Virus record (IMG/VR): IMGVR_UViG_3300011116_001229
Origin: a virus
Lineage: Duplodnaviria; Caudoviricetes
Length of the DNA: 64,000 nt
Direction: 5' to 3' (one strand)
How positions within the stretch are numbered: position 1 is the stretch's first letter; each line of letters starts with the position of its first letter. A model generated the notes under the pieces. It did no database searches. It saw only the letters and a list, made by a program, of their open reading frames with translations, and had not been told where the DNA came from. Shown here one piece after another: positions 39,037-49,900 of this stretch. Position numbers and translations under genes: made by a program.

Positions 39037-39428
39037 TGAAGAAGAAAAAGCGCAAGAAGAAAAGCAGATATCATCGAGGTTTATACGAGTCACCTCTCGC
39101 CGGCGCGTGTAAATTTCGATCGTCTTGGGAACAGAAGTACATGATTCATCTTGATGCTAGTCCCGACGTCGATTCTTGGTCGTATGAAAAGATAGTGATT
39201 GAGTACGTGTCTAATCAAAAAACTAAGAAGATTAGAAAGTACTATCCAGACTTTTTCATCATTTTCAAGGATGGCACGAAGAAGCTTGTTGAAATTAAAC
39301 AAAAGAGAAAGCTGTGTCAAGCTGCTGTCAAGAAGAAGGCGGCAGCAGCAGACCAATGGTGTATAAGCAACGGTGCCACTTACGTTATATTGACAGAATT
39401 AGAATTAAAGAATATGGGTTTGATTTAA
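39036..39428 (+). CDS. TnsA-like PD-(D/E)XK nuclease, T4 gp4 head-completion type
   Basis: FRSSWE, WSYE, YYPDF, LVEIK. Confidence 0.8.
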   Translation: MKKKKRKKKSRYHRGLYESPLAGACKFRSSWEQKYMIHLDASPDVDSWSYEKIVIEYVSNQKTKKIRKYYPDFFIIFKDGTKKLVEIKQKRKLCQAAVKKKAAAADQWCISNGATYVILTELELKNMGLI

Positions 39429-39467
39429 CAGAATTTACACGAATCATCTATTGTCAACAATTACAGC

Positions 39468-40040
39468 GTGAATGAATTAATCTTAGGCCTTGATGTTTCT
39501 ACCTCCGTTACTGGTATATGCATCTTGGATGCAGCTGCCAGGTCACACGACAACGGTAAACATATTTTACATTTAGATCGTGTAGAATTTAAGAAGTGCA
39601 AGACTTTTTGGGACAAAGCAGATCTAATAGCTTTGGAGTTTGATACGCTTCTTAAAAAATACCCAGGTAATTACAGAGTCGTCCTTGAAGAACCCTTGAT
39701 GGGATTTCGTGCAGGTATGTCTTCTGCTGCAACCATTACAACACTTATGCGATTTAATGGTATTGTGTCGTATATCGCAAGAGATATGTTTAAAGTAGAT
39801 CCTGAATATATTGCATCGTCTCACGCAAGAAAGATCTGTGGGATAAAGATGCAGAGGACCTCAGTCGCTGGAATCAATGGAAAAGAGCAAGTCTTTAAGT
39901 ACATGCAAGAAAATGATTTGTCTCATGTGAAATGGCCGACTAAAAAGAATGGAGACCCAGTTGACTGGAGTCGAGATGCAACTGATTCATATGTGATAGC
40001 TAGAGCTGCCTCAATTGAGACTGTGAACACTCGCACGTGA
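39468..40040 (+). CDS. RuvC-like Holliday junction resolvase
   Basis: ILGLDVST, VVLEEP, DATDSY acidic triad in an RNase H fold. Confidence 0.75.
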   Translation: MNELILGLDVSTSVTGICILDAAARSHDNGKHILHLDRVEFKKCKTFWDKADLIALEFDTLLKKYPGNYRVVLEEPLMGFRAGMSSAATITTLMRFNGIVSYIARDMFKVDPEYIASSHARKICGIKMQRTSVAGINGKEQVFKYMQENDLSHVKWPTKKNGDPVDWSRDATDSYVIARAASIETVNTRT

Positions 40041-40058
40041 GCGTGTTACAGTTACGTT

Positions 40059-41030
40059 GTGGTATTATCTCTGACTGATAAAGTCAAATTTTATGAGTCT
40101 CTTTTCGGCCGCGGCCGCCTGTCCGGCAACGGAAACAACTTTGATGTCCGCTGTCCTATTTGCGCTCCTTCAGACCCTTCTAAGAAAAAACTTGCAATTC
40201 GCACAACTGATGATGCAAATCATTGTTGGACGTGCGGATGGAAGTCAAGAAGCCTGCTTCCTCTTCTTAGAAAATATGGCACACAAGAGCAGGTTGCAAA
40301 TTACAAACAACAGCTAGGAATTAATAACGATCTTATTGTCGTAGATGCAGAAGAAGAGAAGAAGATCGAATTGCCCAAGGACTTCTGTTTATTGTCTCTC
40401 GGCAATACAAGCGATCCTGATGTTAAGGCACTCTGGAGATATGTTTACGGCCGCGGCCTTGAAGAAAAAGATGCCTGGTATTTTAAATTTGGTTTTTCTA
40501 ATGATCCGAGATGGAAGAGGAGAGTCCTAATGCCCTCATTTGATCGTTTCGGTAGATTAAACTATTTTGTTGCTAGAGCCATTGATGCAAATAGAAAACC
40601 TAAGTATGACAATCCTGACGTTGACAAGAATCCTATCGTCTTCAATGACATAAACATAGATTGGTCAAAAAGACTGGTACTTTGTGAAGGCCCATTTGAC
40701 CTCGTCAAATGCCCAGAAAATTCAACAGCAATGTTAGGATCTGACCTCGATGAAAGGCACGAACTGTTTAATAAGATACTATTGCACAATACACCAATTG
40801 CGCTAGCATTAGACGGCGACATGTGGAGTTCAAAGATGCCAAAGATAGTTAAGAAATTGCAAGAATATGACGTAGATGTAATAGTTGTTGATGTGAGACA
40901 GTGGGGTGACCCTGGTAGCATGACTAAGCAACAATTCTCAGACGCTCTTTCGTGTGCAAGACCTCTAGGCTGGAATGACTTATTCCTCAATAAACTAAAC
41001 AAGACAGTGTCAAAAAACTTTCAATTTTAA
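40059..41030 (+). CDS. DNA primase (Zn finger + Toprim)
   Basis: CPIC...HCWTC, LCEGPFD, LALDGD, WGDPG. Confidence 0.88.
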   Translation: MVLSLTDKVKFYESLFGRGRLSGNGNNFDVRCPICAPSDPSKKKLAIRTTDDANHCWTCGWKSRSLLPLLRKYGTQEQVANYKQQLGINNDLIVVDAEEEKKIELPKDFCLLSLGNTSDPDVKALWRYVYGRGLEEKDAWYFKFGFSNDPRWKRRVLMPSFDRFGRLNYFVARAIDANRKPKYDNPDVDKNPIVFNDINIDWSKRLVLCEGPFDLVKCPENSTAMLGSDLDERHELFNKILLHNTPIALALDGDMWSSKMPKIVKKLQEYDVDVIVVDVRQWGDPGSMTKQQFSDALSCARPLGWNDLFLNKLNKTVSKNFQF

Positions 41031-41075
41031 CGAAGTTGAACAACAGACTATTGTGTATTAAAACTAATTTATTAG

Positions 41076-44000
41076 ATGGTAAAATTAGCTCATACTGCAG
41101 ATATTCACTGGCGGGGTTTAAGTCGTCACGATGAGTACCGTGAAGTTTTTACGGCATTTGTTGAAGACTGTAAGAAGAACAAGGTTGACCACATCTTCGT
41201 CGGTGGTGACATCTTCCACACGAAGACGACCGGCATCTCCCCAGAGTACATTGACCAACTTACGTGGTGGCTTGAGTCTATGGCTAAGGTCGCGCCGGTC
41301 CACTTAACGCTTGGCAATCATGACGGCAATTTAACCAATCTTTCTAGACAAGATGCTGTATCTCCTATAGTTCAAGCAATTAACAATCCTCGCATCCATC
41401 TTTATAAGAAGAGCGGCATATATGAGTTCGAGCCAGGATTTAATTTGTGTGTCTACAGCCTTTTTGATGAAGAGGGTTGGGATAATGTCAAACCAGAACC
41501 GGGCAAAATCAATCTTGCCTGCTATCACGGACCGGTTCAAGGCTCCGTCACAGAGTCAGGTTGGGAAATAGATGAGTCACAAATTAAAGTTGACTTCTTT
41601 AAAGACTATCCGTTTGTTCTTTTAGGAGATATTCATCAGCTTCAGTATCTTGGCTATAGGGATGATCAAGAGGGAAATAAGAAACCGTGGATAGCATACC
41701 CAGGTACACCATTGCAGCAGAATTATGCTGAAGAATTAGATCATGGTTATCTAGTCTGGAATATTGAAAGCATCTCTAAATGGAACGTCAGCTTTAGAAA
41801 GCTGCCTAATCCCAAGCCCTTTGTCACTCTCAACTGGACCGGTTCTCAGAAAGATTTTCTAAAAGAAGCTCAGAACTATCCAAAGCAGTCAAGATTCAGA
41901 ATTAAGTCTTCTAATGCTTTGAGTCAAGATGACGTTAGCTTCTTTAGTGACACTTTAAAGAGTCAATATGATGCTACTGAGGTAACGTTTAAGTCTGAGT
42001 ACAAAGCTGAGAGTGAAACTATCAAAGCTGGAAGCGCAACTATTGCTAAGTCAGACTTATCATCTCCTGAAGTGATTCTCTCTTTAATTCAAACTTACGC
42101 TAAAGAAAATGGCGTCACAGACTATAATTGCGACACACTGACAAGCCAAGTTAAAAAATATTTGTCAATTGTCTCGTCGTCAGATGACTTATCGAGAGGA
42201 TCAAAGTGGACCCTCAAACACATGAAGTGGCACAATACATTTGCGTACGGCGAAGACAATGAGATTGACTTTTCAAAACTGAATGGAATTATTGGCGTAT
42301 TTGGTGCCAATAGAATTGGTAAGTCTTCTATCGTTGGCACTTTAATGTATAACTTGTTCAACACGACTGACCGAGGATCAATAAAAAATTTACACGTTTG
42401 TAATATTAGAAAGCCCTACTGTTACGCAAGATCAATCTTTGAGCACAACGGAAATGTTTATGTTGCAGAGCGCCAGACTAGTAAGTCTGTCAATAAAAAA
42501 GGAATCACAAGCGCTACAACATCATTAAATTTCTTCAAAATGCAAGATGATGGTGAGCTTGAAGACTTATGTGGTGATCTTCGAACTGATACAGAAAAAG
42601 TTATTAGATCATTAATTGGTACACATGAAGACTTTTCAATTACGTCTCTGTCTGCGCAAGGTGATATCAATGCGTTTATCTCACAGGGTTCTACTAAAAG
42701 AAGATCATTTCTATCAAGATTTTTAGGACTTGATGTTTTTGATAAGATGGCTGACTTAGCAAATAAAGACTTAAATGGCTTTAAGGCACAGTTAAAGAAT
42801 TTCCCAGATAGAAATTGGGATGAGCTTAAAAAACAGTGTAGTGATGCTGTCAGTGAAATTAAGCATCAACTAGATGAGCTTGAGGTTTTAAACGCTCACA
42901 GGCAATCAGAAATTTCTGATTTAAAAGCGGATCTTTCTACACACAAAGATGTCAAAGTAGTTACCCAAACAGACGTTCTCAATCAAGAGAAGCGAGTGTC
43001 TACCTTGCTAAAATCGTGCGACGATTGCACTTCAAAAATTGACAATTTGACGTCCGAAATCCAGATATTAAAGTCTAAACTAGAAGTTGTTGAACAAGTT
43101 GAGAACTCTGACGACGTAGAAGATCTCAAGCAACAGCTAACTAATATTTGTGAACTTGAAAGATCACTGTCAGATCTAAAGCATCTGCATGATAAAGAAA
43201 CAACTCAGCTCAAGCAATATCAAAAGTCTCTTAAAATTCTTGATGAAGTTCCGTGCGGAGACGAGTATCCTACCTGCAAGTTTATTAAGGATGCTCACCA
43301 AAGCAAAGAAAAGCTTAGTGATCAAGTTCACAAATCAGACGATGCTTTAAAAAGAATGAATGAGATTAGTGTTAAGCTATCTGCCATGAATAAGGAAAAT
43401 CTCGTGTCTAGGCTAGATAAGCTGGAGAAAGCTATCACATTATCTGCTAAATTTAAGTTAGAAATTTCTAAGAAAGAAACAGAAATAGCTGCTAGCAGAG
43501 CTTCCTGCGACTCTATTGCAGATACTTTACGAGACGCCGAGCAGAAATTAAAAGACTTACAGACTGCTCTTAAAAATGAAGAAAACACTGAGGTTGTTTC
43601 TATTAGGTCAAAAATCGAAGTTTTAACAAAACAAATTAAGGAGTCTGATGAGCTTAGACTAAGCTTGGCTACACAGAGAGGGAAGCTCCTGTCTGATATT
43701 GATAAGCTTAACAATGAAAAATTTTCTAGAGATGCAATTTTAAAAGACATGAAGACGTACGAGATAATCTCTGGTGCATTTTCTAAGAAGGGTATACCGC
43801 TGATCATTACGCGTTCACAAATTCCTGCGATCAATGCAGAGATTGCAAAGATTCTTCATGGAATAGTTGATTTTGAAGTTGAACTAGAGAATGATGATGA
43901 TTCTGATGCCTCAGAGATCTATATTAATTATGGGGACTCACGAAGAATTATTGAGCTCTGCAGCGGCATGGAAAAGACTATCGCGTCTATTGCTTTAAGA

Positions 44001-44234
44001 GTTGCGCTTGTTAACGTTTCTTCTATGTCGAAATGTGACATGTTTATCATAGATGAAGGATTTGGCACTCTAGACGACGCTGGAGTCGAGGCATGCAATA
44101 GATTGCTGACAAGCCTAAAAAAGTACTTTAGACTTGTTCTTGTCATAACGCACGTTGATGGAATTAAGGATGTTGCCGACCACATCTTAGAAATAACAAA
44201 AAATGAAAAAGACTCGAGGGTTGTCTACGCATGA
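41076..44234 (+). CDS. Fused Mre11/SbcD (gp47) - Rad50/SbcC (gp46) nuclease-ATPase
   Basis: ADIH, GGDIFH, GNHD, GDIH phosphoesterase motifs, then GANRIGKS, coiled coil, CSGME, IIDEGFGTLD, ITH in one frame. Confidence 0.92.
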   Translation: MVKLAHTADIHWRGLSRHDEYREVFTAFVEDCKKNKVDHIFVGGDIFHTKTTGISPEYIDQLTWWLESMAKVAPVHLTLGNHDGNLTNLSRQDAVSPIVQAINNPRIHLYKKSGIYEFEPGFNLCVYSLFDEEGWDNVKPEPGKINLACYHGPVQGSVTESGWEIDESQIKVDFFKDYPFVLLGDIHQLQYLGYRDDQEGNKKPWIAYPGTPLQQNYAEELDHGYLVWNIESISKWNVSFRKLPNPKPFVTLNWTGSQKDFLKEAQNYPKQSRFRIKSSNALSQDDVSFFSDTLKSQYDATEVTFKSEYKAESETIKAGSATIAKSDLSSPEVILSLIQTYAKENGVTDYNCDTLTSQVKKYLSIVSSSDDLSRGSKWTLKHMKWHNTFAYGEDNEIDFSKLNGIIGVFGANRIGKSSIVGTLMYNLFNTTDRGSIKNLHVCNIRKPYCYARSIFEHNGNVYVAERQTSKSVNKKGITSATTSLNFFKMQDDGELEDLCGDLRTDTEKVIRSLIGTHEDFSITSLSAQGDINAFISQGSTKRRSFLSRFLGLDVFDKMADLANKDLNGFKAQLKNFPDRNWDELKKQCSDAVSEIKHQLDELEVLNAHRQSEISDLKADLSTHKDVKVVTQTDVLNQEKRVSTLLKSCDDCTSKIDNLTSEIQILKSKLEVVEQVENSDDVEDLKQQLTNICELERSLSDLKHLHDKETTQLKQYQKSLKILDEVPCGDEYPTCKFIKDAHQSKEKLSDQVHKSDDALKRMNEISVKLSAMNKENLVSRLDKLEKAITLSAKFKLEISKKETEIAASRASCDSIADTLRDAEQKLKDLQTALKNEENTEVVSIRSKIEVLTKQIKESDELRLSLATQRGKLLSDIDKLNNEKFSRDAILKDMKTYEIISGAFSKKGIPLIITRSQIPAINAEIAKILHGIVDFEVELENDDDSDASEIYINYGDSRRIIELCSGMEKTIASIALRVALVNVSSMSKCDMFIIDEGFGTLDDAGVEACNRLLTSLKKYFRLVLVITHVDGIKDVADHILEITKNEKDSRVVYA

Positions 44235-44491
44235 AAGAATGGAAAGATTACACCAACGATAGACTAATATGTGAGCATCCTGACGGCTTTTATGTTATAA
44301 AGCCTAAAGAAGAACAAGAGTTTGTTCCATTTTTTTGTAACTTTTGTGACAAAATAATGACTTCTATTTACGACGAAGAGGCACATAAAAAATTTAATTG
44401 TTGTGACAAGTGTGCAAGCAAGCATGTATATCCGCGTCTAGAAGACTGGAAAAATGGTTGGCGACCGTCTAGAGAAGATGTCACAACGTGA
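44231..44491 (+). CDS. Small Cys-rich hypothetical protein
   Basis: CNFC...CCDKC. Confidence 0.6.
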   Translation: MKEWKDYTNDRLICEHPDGFYVIKPKEEQEFVPFFCNFCDKIMTSIYDEEAHKKFNCCDKCASKHVYPRLEDWKNGWRPSREDVTT

Positions 44492-44527
44492 TTTAACAGC
44501 ATATTTAATGCATCAGAGAGTAACAAC

Positions 44528-44914
44528 ATGCCGAAAGTAATTGACTATAATGCACTGGGACAGATCTTAGACAATACATGGGGAAGATCGTCAACACCTA
44601 AGACTGCTTCTTATTCAGTTAAATTTACATACGCTGGTGGGGATAGGTTGGTGGCCACATTTAATTGCATCATGAATTTTGCTTCAACAAGTGAAGCGCA
44701 AATGATTAAAAAGACAACACAGAATGATGCAGACAACCTTGTCGGTCGTTACACAAAGTCTCTTAAAGAAAAATATAAAGAAATTACTGGAGATGCTTTA
44801 ACTCTAAAAGAAGTTAGTGCTGCTGATTCAGTTGAGATGATTGGTGGGGGTTATCATCACACATCAAAGAGAACTGCGTACTATAGAAAAACATTTATAT
44901 ACGAAATGTCATGA
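44528..44914 (+). CDS. Hypothetical protein upstream of the large terminase
   Basis: ATGA overlap with terL; small-terminase role not supported by motifs. Confidence 0.55.
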   Translation: MPKVIDYNALGQILDNTWGRSSTPKTASYSVKFTYAGGDRLVATFNCIMNFASTSEAQMIKKTTQNDADNLVGRYTKSLKEKYKEITGDALTLKEVSAADSVEMIGGGYHHTSKRTAYYRKTFIYEMS

Positions 44915-46533
44915 GCAGTCCAGTCAGTCCCAGCAGGCAACAACAAGTTGCTGAAATTTTAAAGTGCGGAAAAGATCCTGTGTACTTTATGAAGAAGTAC
45001 ACAAAAATCCAGCACCCAGTTAAAGGACTAATACCGTTTGAGACATATGATTTTCAAGATGATTGTGTCAAGCAGTTTCAAGATCATAGATTTAATATAG
45101 TTCTTAAAAGTAGGCAGCTAGGTTTATCAACAGTTACTGCAGCTTTTTCTTTGTGGATGGCTCTTTTTAAGAAAGACAAGAACATACTTGTTATTGCAAC
45201 AAAGCTTCCTACAGCAATGAACTTCATCAAAAAGGTGAAGACTATGCTTGACTCTCTTCCCCCGTGGTTGCTACTCACTAAATATGAGCCAACTAAGCAG
45301 GCCATTAGATTCACTAATGGTTCAACTATTACGGCAGTTCCAACATCTCCCGACGCTGGCCGCTCTGAAGCGCTAGCACTTCTCATCGTCGATGAGGCAG
45401 CATTCATTAGAGACTTTGACGATATCTGGACCGGCTTATATCCTACGCTATCAACAGGTGGTAGCGCTGTTATTCTTTCAACACCAAACGGTGTAGGTGG
45501 ACAATATTATAAGCTGTGGACAGAAGCTGAGTCAGGTGTCAATGCTTTTAATCCTATTAGACTGCCTTGGGATGTACATCCTGACCATGACCAAGAGTGG
45601 TTTGACAAAGAGACTAGGAATCTTCCGAGAAGAAAAGTTGCTCAAGAATTTTTGTGCGACTTTATAACATCCGGTGATACCTTCTTACAACCAACAGAAT
45701 TAGACAGGATGAGAGAGATGATTCGACAACCTCTCCTAAAAGAAGGACCTCAAAGTGGTGTGTGGATATGGCGTCAACCCGAGGCGAACAAAAAGTATGT
45801 TATATCAGCTGACGTTGCTAGAGGAGATGCTTCTGACTATTCTACTTTTCATGTGATAGATTATGAAACTTGTGAAGTTGTAGCTGAGTTTATGGGCAAA
45901 ACTCCTCCTGATAAACTTGCTGACCTGCTGTCTGAATATGGCAAGAAGTATAATGAAGCACTTGTTTGTCCCGAACAGAATTCTTTTGGTTATTTTACCT
46001 GCGTAAAACTGAGAGACGAAGGTTATCCTCGAATGTACTACCCTAGCTTTAGAGGAGACCCATTCGAATTTAAGTCAGTTAATCCGGATGAACTACCAGG
46101 ATTTTCTACTCAGACCAAGTCTAGACACCAGATACTTGCCAAGCTAGAAGAGCTTATTAGAAATGGTATGGTGAAGTCTTACTCACAACGTCTATATGAC
46201 CAAATGCAAGCATTCGTCTGGAATGGATCTAAAGCAATGGCGTCTAAAGACTCTCATGACGATCTGATTATCAGCATAGCTATTGGAATGTGGCTAGCTG
46301 CCGGAGAGGGCGGGGGCAATGATCAAGCATCTAGTCTAGCTTATGCAATGCTTAAAGCAACAAGCAGGGGTAGCAGAACTGTATCCGAGGCTATAGGAAT
46401 ACCGGGTAATAGAAATACAATGATGCCTCTACACCCGCAGCTTAGAAGCCTGTCTCCATTTGGAAATTCTCAACAGCAGAACAACAGTCAGCCCAGTCAA
46501 GATAATTCAGATTTTTCTTGGTTATTCAAGTGA
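44911..46533 (+). CDS. terL: Terminase large subunit (T4 gp17-like)
   Basis: KSRQLGLST, LLIVDEAAF, STPNG, ADVARG..DYS, HDDLI. Confidence 0.95.
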   Translation: MSSPVSPSRQQQVAEILKCGKDPVYFMKKYTKIQHPVKGLIPFETYDFQDDCVKQFQDHRFNIVLKSRQLGLSTVTAAFSLWMALFKKDKNILVIATKLPTAMNFIKKVKTMLDSLPPWLLLTKYEPTKQAIRFTNGSTITAVPTSPDAGRSEALALLIVDEAAFIRDFDDIWTGLYPTLSTGGSAVILSTPNGVGGQYYKLWTEAESGVNAFNPIRLPWDVHPDHDQEWFDKETRNLPRRKVAQEFLCDFITSGDTFLQPTELDRMREMIRQPLLKEGPQSGVWIWRQPEANKKYVISADVARGDASDYSTFHVIDYETCEVVAEFMGKTPPDKLADLLSEYGKKYNEALVCPEQNSFGYFTCVKLRDEGYPRMYYPSFRGDPFEFKSVNPDELPGFSTQTKSRHQILAKLEELIRNGMVKSYSQRLYDQMQAFVWNGSKAMASKDSHDDLIISIAIGMWLAAGEGGGNDQASSLAYAMLKATSRGSRTVSEAIGIPGNRNTMMPLHPQLRSLSPFGNSQQQNNSQPSQDNSDFSWLFK

Positions 46534-46562
46534 AGTGATACATATACGAAGGTAGAAGTTCA

Positions 46563-46874
46563 ATGCAAAAAATTAGCGTTAATCAGCTTAAGCAAATAAT
46601 CAAAGAAGAGATTCAAAAGATCAACGAAGATATCTCTGACGAGATTAAACAATCTTCAAGCGTACAAAACACTTGTGCGGATCTTATTAAGTCAATTGAA
46701 AAATTTAAGTCAAATGCTTCTGAGTCAGCAAAATCTCACGTTGGATTACAAGCACTTGACGAGCTTGTAGAAAAGCTTAAATTTGTTGCAACTAATAGCA
46801 TGAACTACATCGATGCACCTTCTAAACCAAATCCCGCTGTTAAGAAGGCAGTATTTAAACCATCTTCAGAATGA
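46563..46874 (+). CDS. Small putative prohead core/internal protein
   Basis: N-terminal QLKQIIKEEI motif. Confidence 0.5.
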   Translation: MQKISVNQLKQIIKEEIQKINEDISDEIKQSSSVQNTCADLIKSIEKFKSNASESAKSHVGLQALDELVEKLKFVATNSMNYIDAPSKPNPAVKKAVFKPSSE

Positions 46875-46949
46875 TATTGAATTATTGACAGAAACAGTTT
46901 AATATATCCCGCAAGGTGAAACGCCGACTTCGTATTGAGGAGGCATAAT

Positions 46950-49900
46950 ATGGCAAAGAATCAACAAACACTTTTTCAAAAATTAACGAGGCTCTTTAAA
47001 AGCGGCCCAGTCGTCAAAAGAAAGATCCGAAGTTTAGATACTACCGTTGCTTTGCCAGATTCTGCTAAGAGCAGCGGCACTTTACTCTTTCAAAAGAGCG
47101 TAGCTCCTACATACACAACAATCACAGCTAACGCTTACAATCTCTCAGAGAGAATGATGAGGTATCAGGACTTCGTTGAAATGGAGTACTGTCTTCATGG
47201 AGATACTCTAATCGCAGTACCTGACGGTTATAAGAAAATTAAAGATCTTGCTGAAGAATGCTCTGCAGACCCAGACAAAACATTCCTAGTCTATTCTTAT
47301 GATCATAACTTAGGAAGAATTATTCCAGCTTGGGGTAAACAAGCTCGACAAACCCGAACCGATCACGCTTACATAGTTACTTTCGACAACGGGCAGAAGA
47401 TCATCGGAACTCCTAACCATCGACTCATGAAGCGCGATGGAACCTTCTGCAAGATTGAAGATCTTAAAGCCGGCGATGCAATGATGCCATTCTATCGTCG
47501 GGATCTTTTTAACGGCTGCAAAGAAGAAGGTGAAGGTTATCGTTGGATCTACACAATGGACCGACGGTCGAAGATGAATGGCTGGGCATCTGAGCATCGA
47601 GTCGTCGGAGAAATGATAAAAGGTTCTCCTTTGACAAACGACGAAGTCGTTCACCACAAAAATTTCATCAAATACGACAATAGACCTGAAAATCTCCTGG
47701 TGATGACAAGCGAAGCTCATCAAAAGCTTCATGCAGAGATTCTCAACGGTGCTAAATGGTCTGAACAAAATTCTGACTGGATTCAGCAGTTCAAGATCAA
47801 TCATTCTAAGTTCATGTCCGAGAACAATCCTGCCGAGCGGAAGGACATCACATTCGGTCGAATTTTAGAAGTTGCCGAAAGAACAAACTTCAATTCTCGA
47901 AAGATGTGCGAAGTTCTTGATACCGATCCCAATGTAATCAAACGTAAACTACGAAAACACGGATATCAAGACTTCCAAACATTCGCCAAAGCATACAACC
48001 CAGATTGGCACAACGCAGGATGGAGCAACCAAGGCGAGAATAATCCTCGATATAATCATTCAGTTACCTTTGACAGAATATGCTCAATTTTTTCTAAAGG
48101 CATGTCAAAGAAGGATCTAATTCAGTCTTTGGGCACGACAGATACAATTCTTTCTAAGCGACTTGCCGAACAAGGTTATAAAAACTACACTGAATTTTCT
48201 CATAACTACGAAAATCTTAAAGTTGCGTCTATCGACTATCATGGTGTGATCCCACTGTATGATCTAACTGTCGACGGCTATAAGAACTTCGCTACAGACA
48301 CAGTCATTTCTCACAACACACCTGAGATTGCGAGTGCGCTTGACATATACGCAGACGAGACTTGTGCACAAGATGAAAAGGGTAGAGTGCTACATGTCTA
48401 CTCTGACAACGAGAAAATTAAGGAAATATTAGAGGAGCTATTCTACGATATATTAAATGTTGAATTTAATCTAAGATCGTGGGTTAGAAACCTTGTTAAG
48501 TATGGTGATTTCTTCCTCTACTGTGACGTCTCGCCTGATCATGGTGTCATAAATGTCTTTCCAATTCCCGTCAATGAGATTATTAGGGAAGAAAATTACG
48601 ACCCAGACGATCCGATGGCTGTTCGTTATAAGTGGGTCACCATGGGTAATAAAACTCTCGAAAATTGGGAAGTCATTCATTTTAGGCTTCTCGGTAACGA
48701 TTCTTTCTTGCCGTACGGATCATCGATCATAGAAGCTGCTAGACGCATCTGGCGTCAACTCATTCTAATTGAAGACGCAATGCTGGTTTATCGCGTTGTC
48801 CGCGCTCCGGAACGCCGAGTTTTCTATATTGATGTTGCCAATATTCCTCCTGAAAACGTACCGATGTACGTCGAAGAGCAAAGAAAGAACTTGAGATCAA
48901 GTCAGGTAGTCGATAGGTCTACGGGCCGAGTTGATCTTCGTTATAATCCTCTATCTGTAGATGAAGATTATTTCATACCTGTCCGCGGCGGTGAGTCTGG
49001 TACTAAAATTGATACGTTAGCTGGTGGACAAAATGCTGCAGCAGTTGAGGATGTAGCCTATATTCAAAAGAAACTATTCTCTGCACTCAAGGTACCGAAA
49101 GCTTATCTTGGCTACGATGAGTCTTTAAGTTCAAAGGCTACTTTGGCTCAAGAAGACATACGTTTCTCTAGGACTATTGCCGTAATACAAAAGACTATTA
49201 TCGCTGAGCTAAACAAGCTCGCAATTATACATCTATATTCTCATGGATTTGATGATGAAGACTTACAAAACTTCGTTCTCCGTCTACCGAATCCTTCAAC
49301 TATAGCCCAGCAGCAAAAGCTTGAACTATGGAGAGCAAAATTTGAAATTGCAGGTTCAGCTCCTGAAGGTCAAATGAGCAAGGAATTTATTAGAAAAGAG
49401 ATCTGGGGTCTCAGTGAAGAAGAATGCCGCGATATTGACGATCAGCGTCTAAAAGAAAAACTGATAGATGGTGAGATTGAAAATGCTAAACCTGAAGAGG
49501 AAAGCGGAGACGAGGCCACAACTGGCGGCGGTGAAGGCGGAGGCGAAGCTGAAGCCGGAGGTGAAGAGGGCGGAGAAGAATCCGGAGGTGAAGAGGGCGG
49601 AGAAGAAGGAGATCTCTTTGCTGGAGATGATCCTGCTGACAACGAAGAGGTAGGAAATCTACTGCTTTCAGCCGACGATCCGGACGATGACGAAGAGTTT
49701 GGAATTAAATTCAAGCTAAAAGACGTCGACATGCCAGTTAAGGCACAGCGACAAATTGATAGAATACGTCATAACAGAGCACGAATAAGACATTCAGGAC
49801 CTTCAAAGCTGCACATGCCTGATTGGGCATCATCGCTTGATGCAAAAGATTTAGCTATGACCGACCCGTTTGATGGAAAATTCTTAAGATCCCTTGCATC

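Noticed and set aside
39036-39428. TnsA as a Tn7-like transposon
   Set aside because: No TnsB/TnsC or transposon ends; size and context fit T4 gp4-like head-completion nuclease
44528-44914. Small terminase call
   Set aside because: Position only; no recognisable gp16 motif
46875-46949. Structured RNA or promoter upstream of portal (CC-GCAA-GG, GT-GAAA-C, TTGACA at 46885)
   Set aside because: Stems only 2-3 bp, no hammerhead core, no -10 at a proper distance
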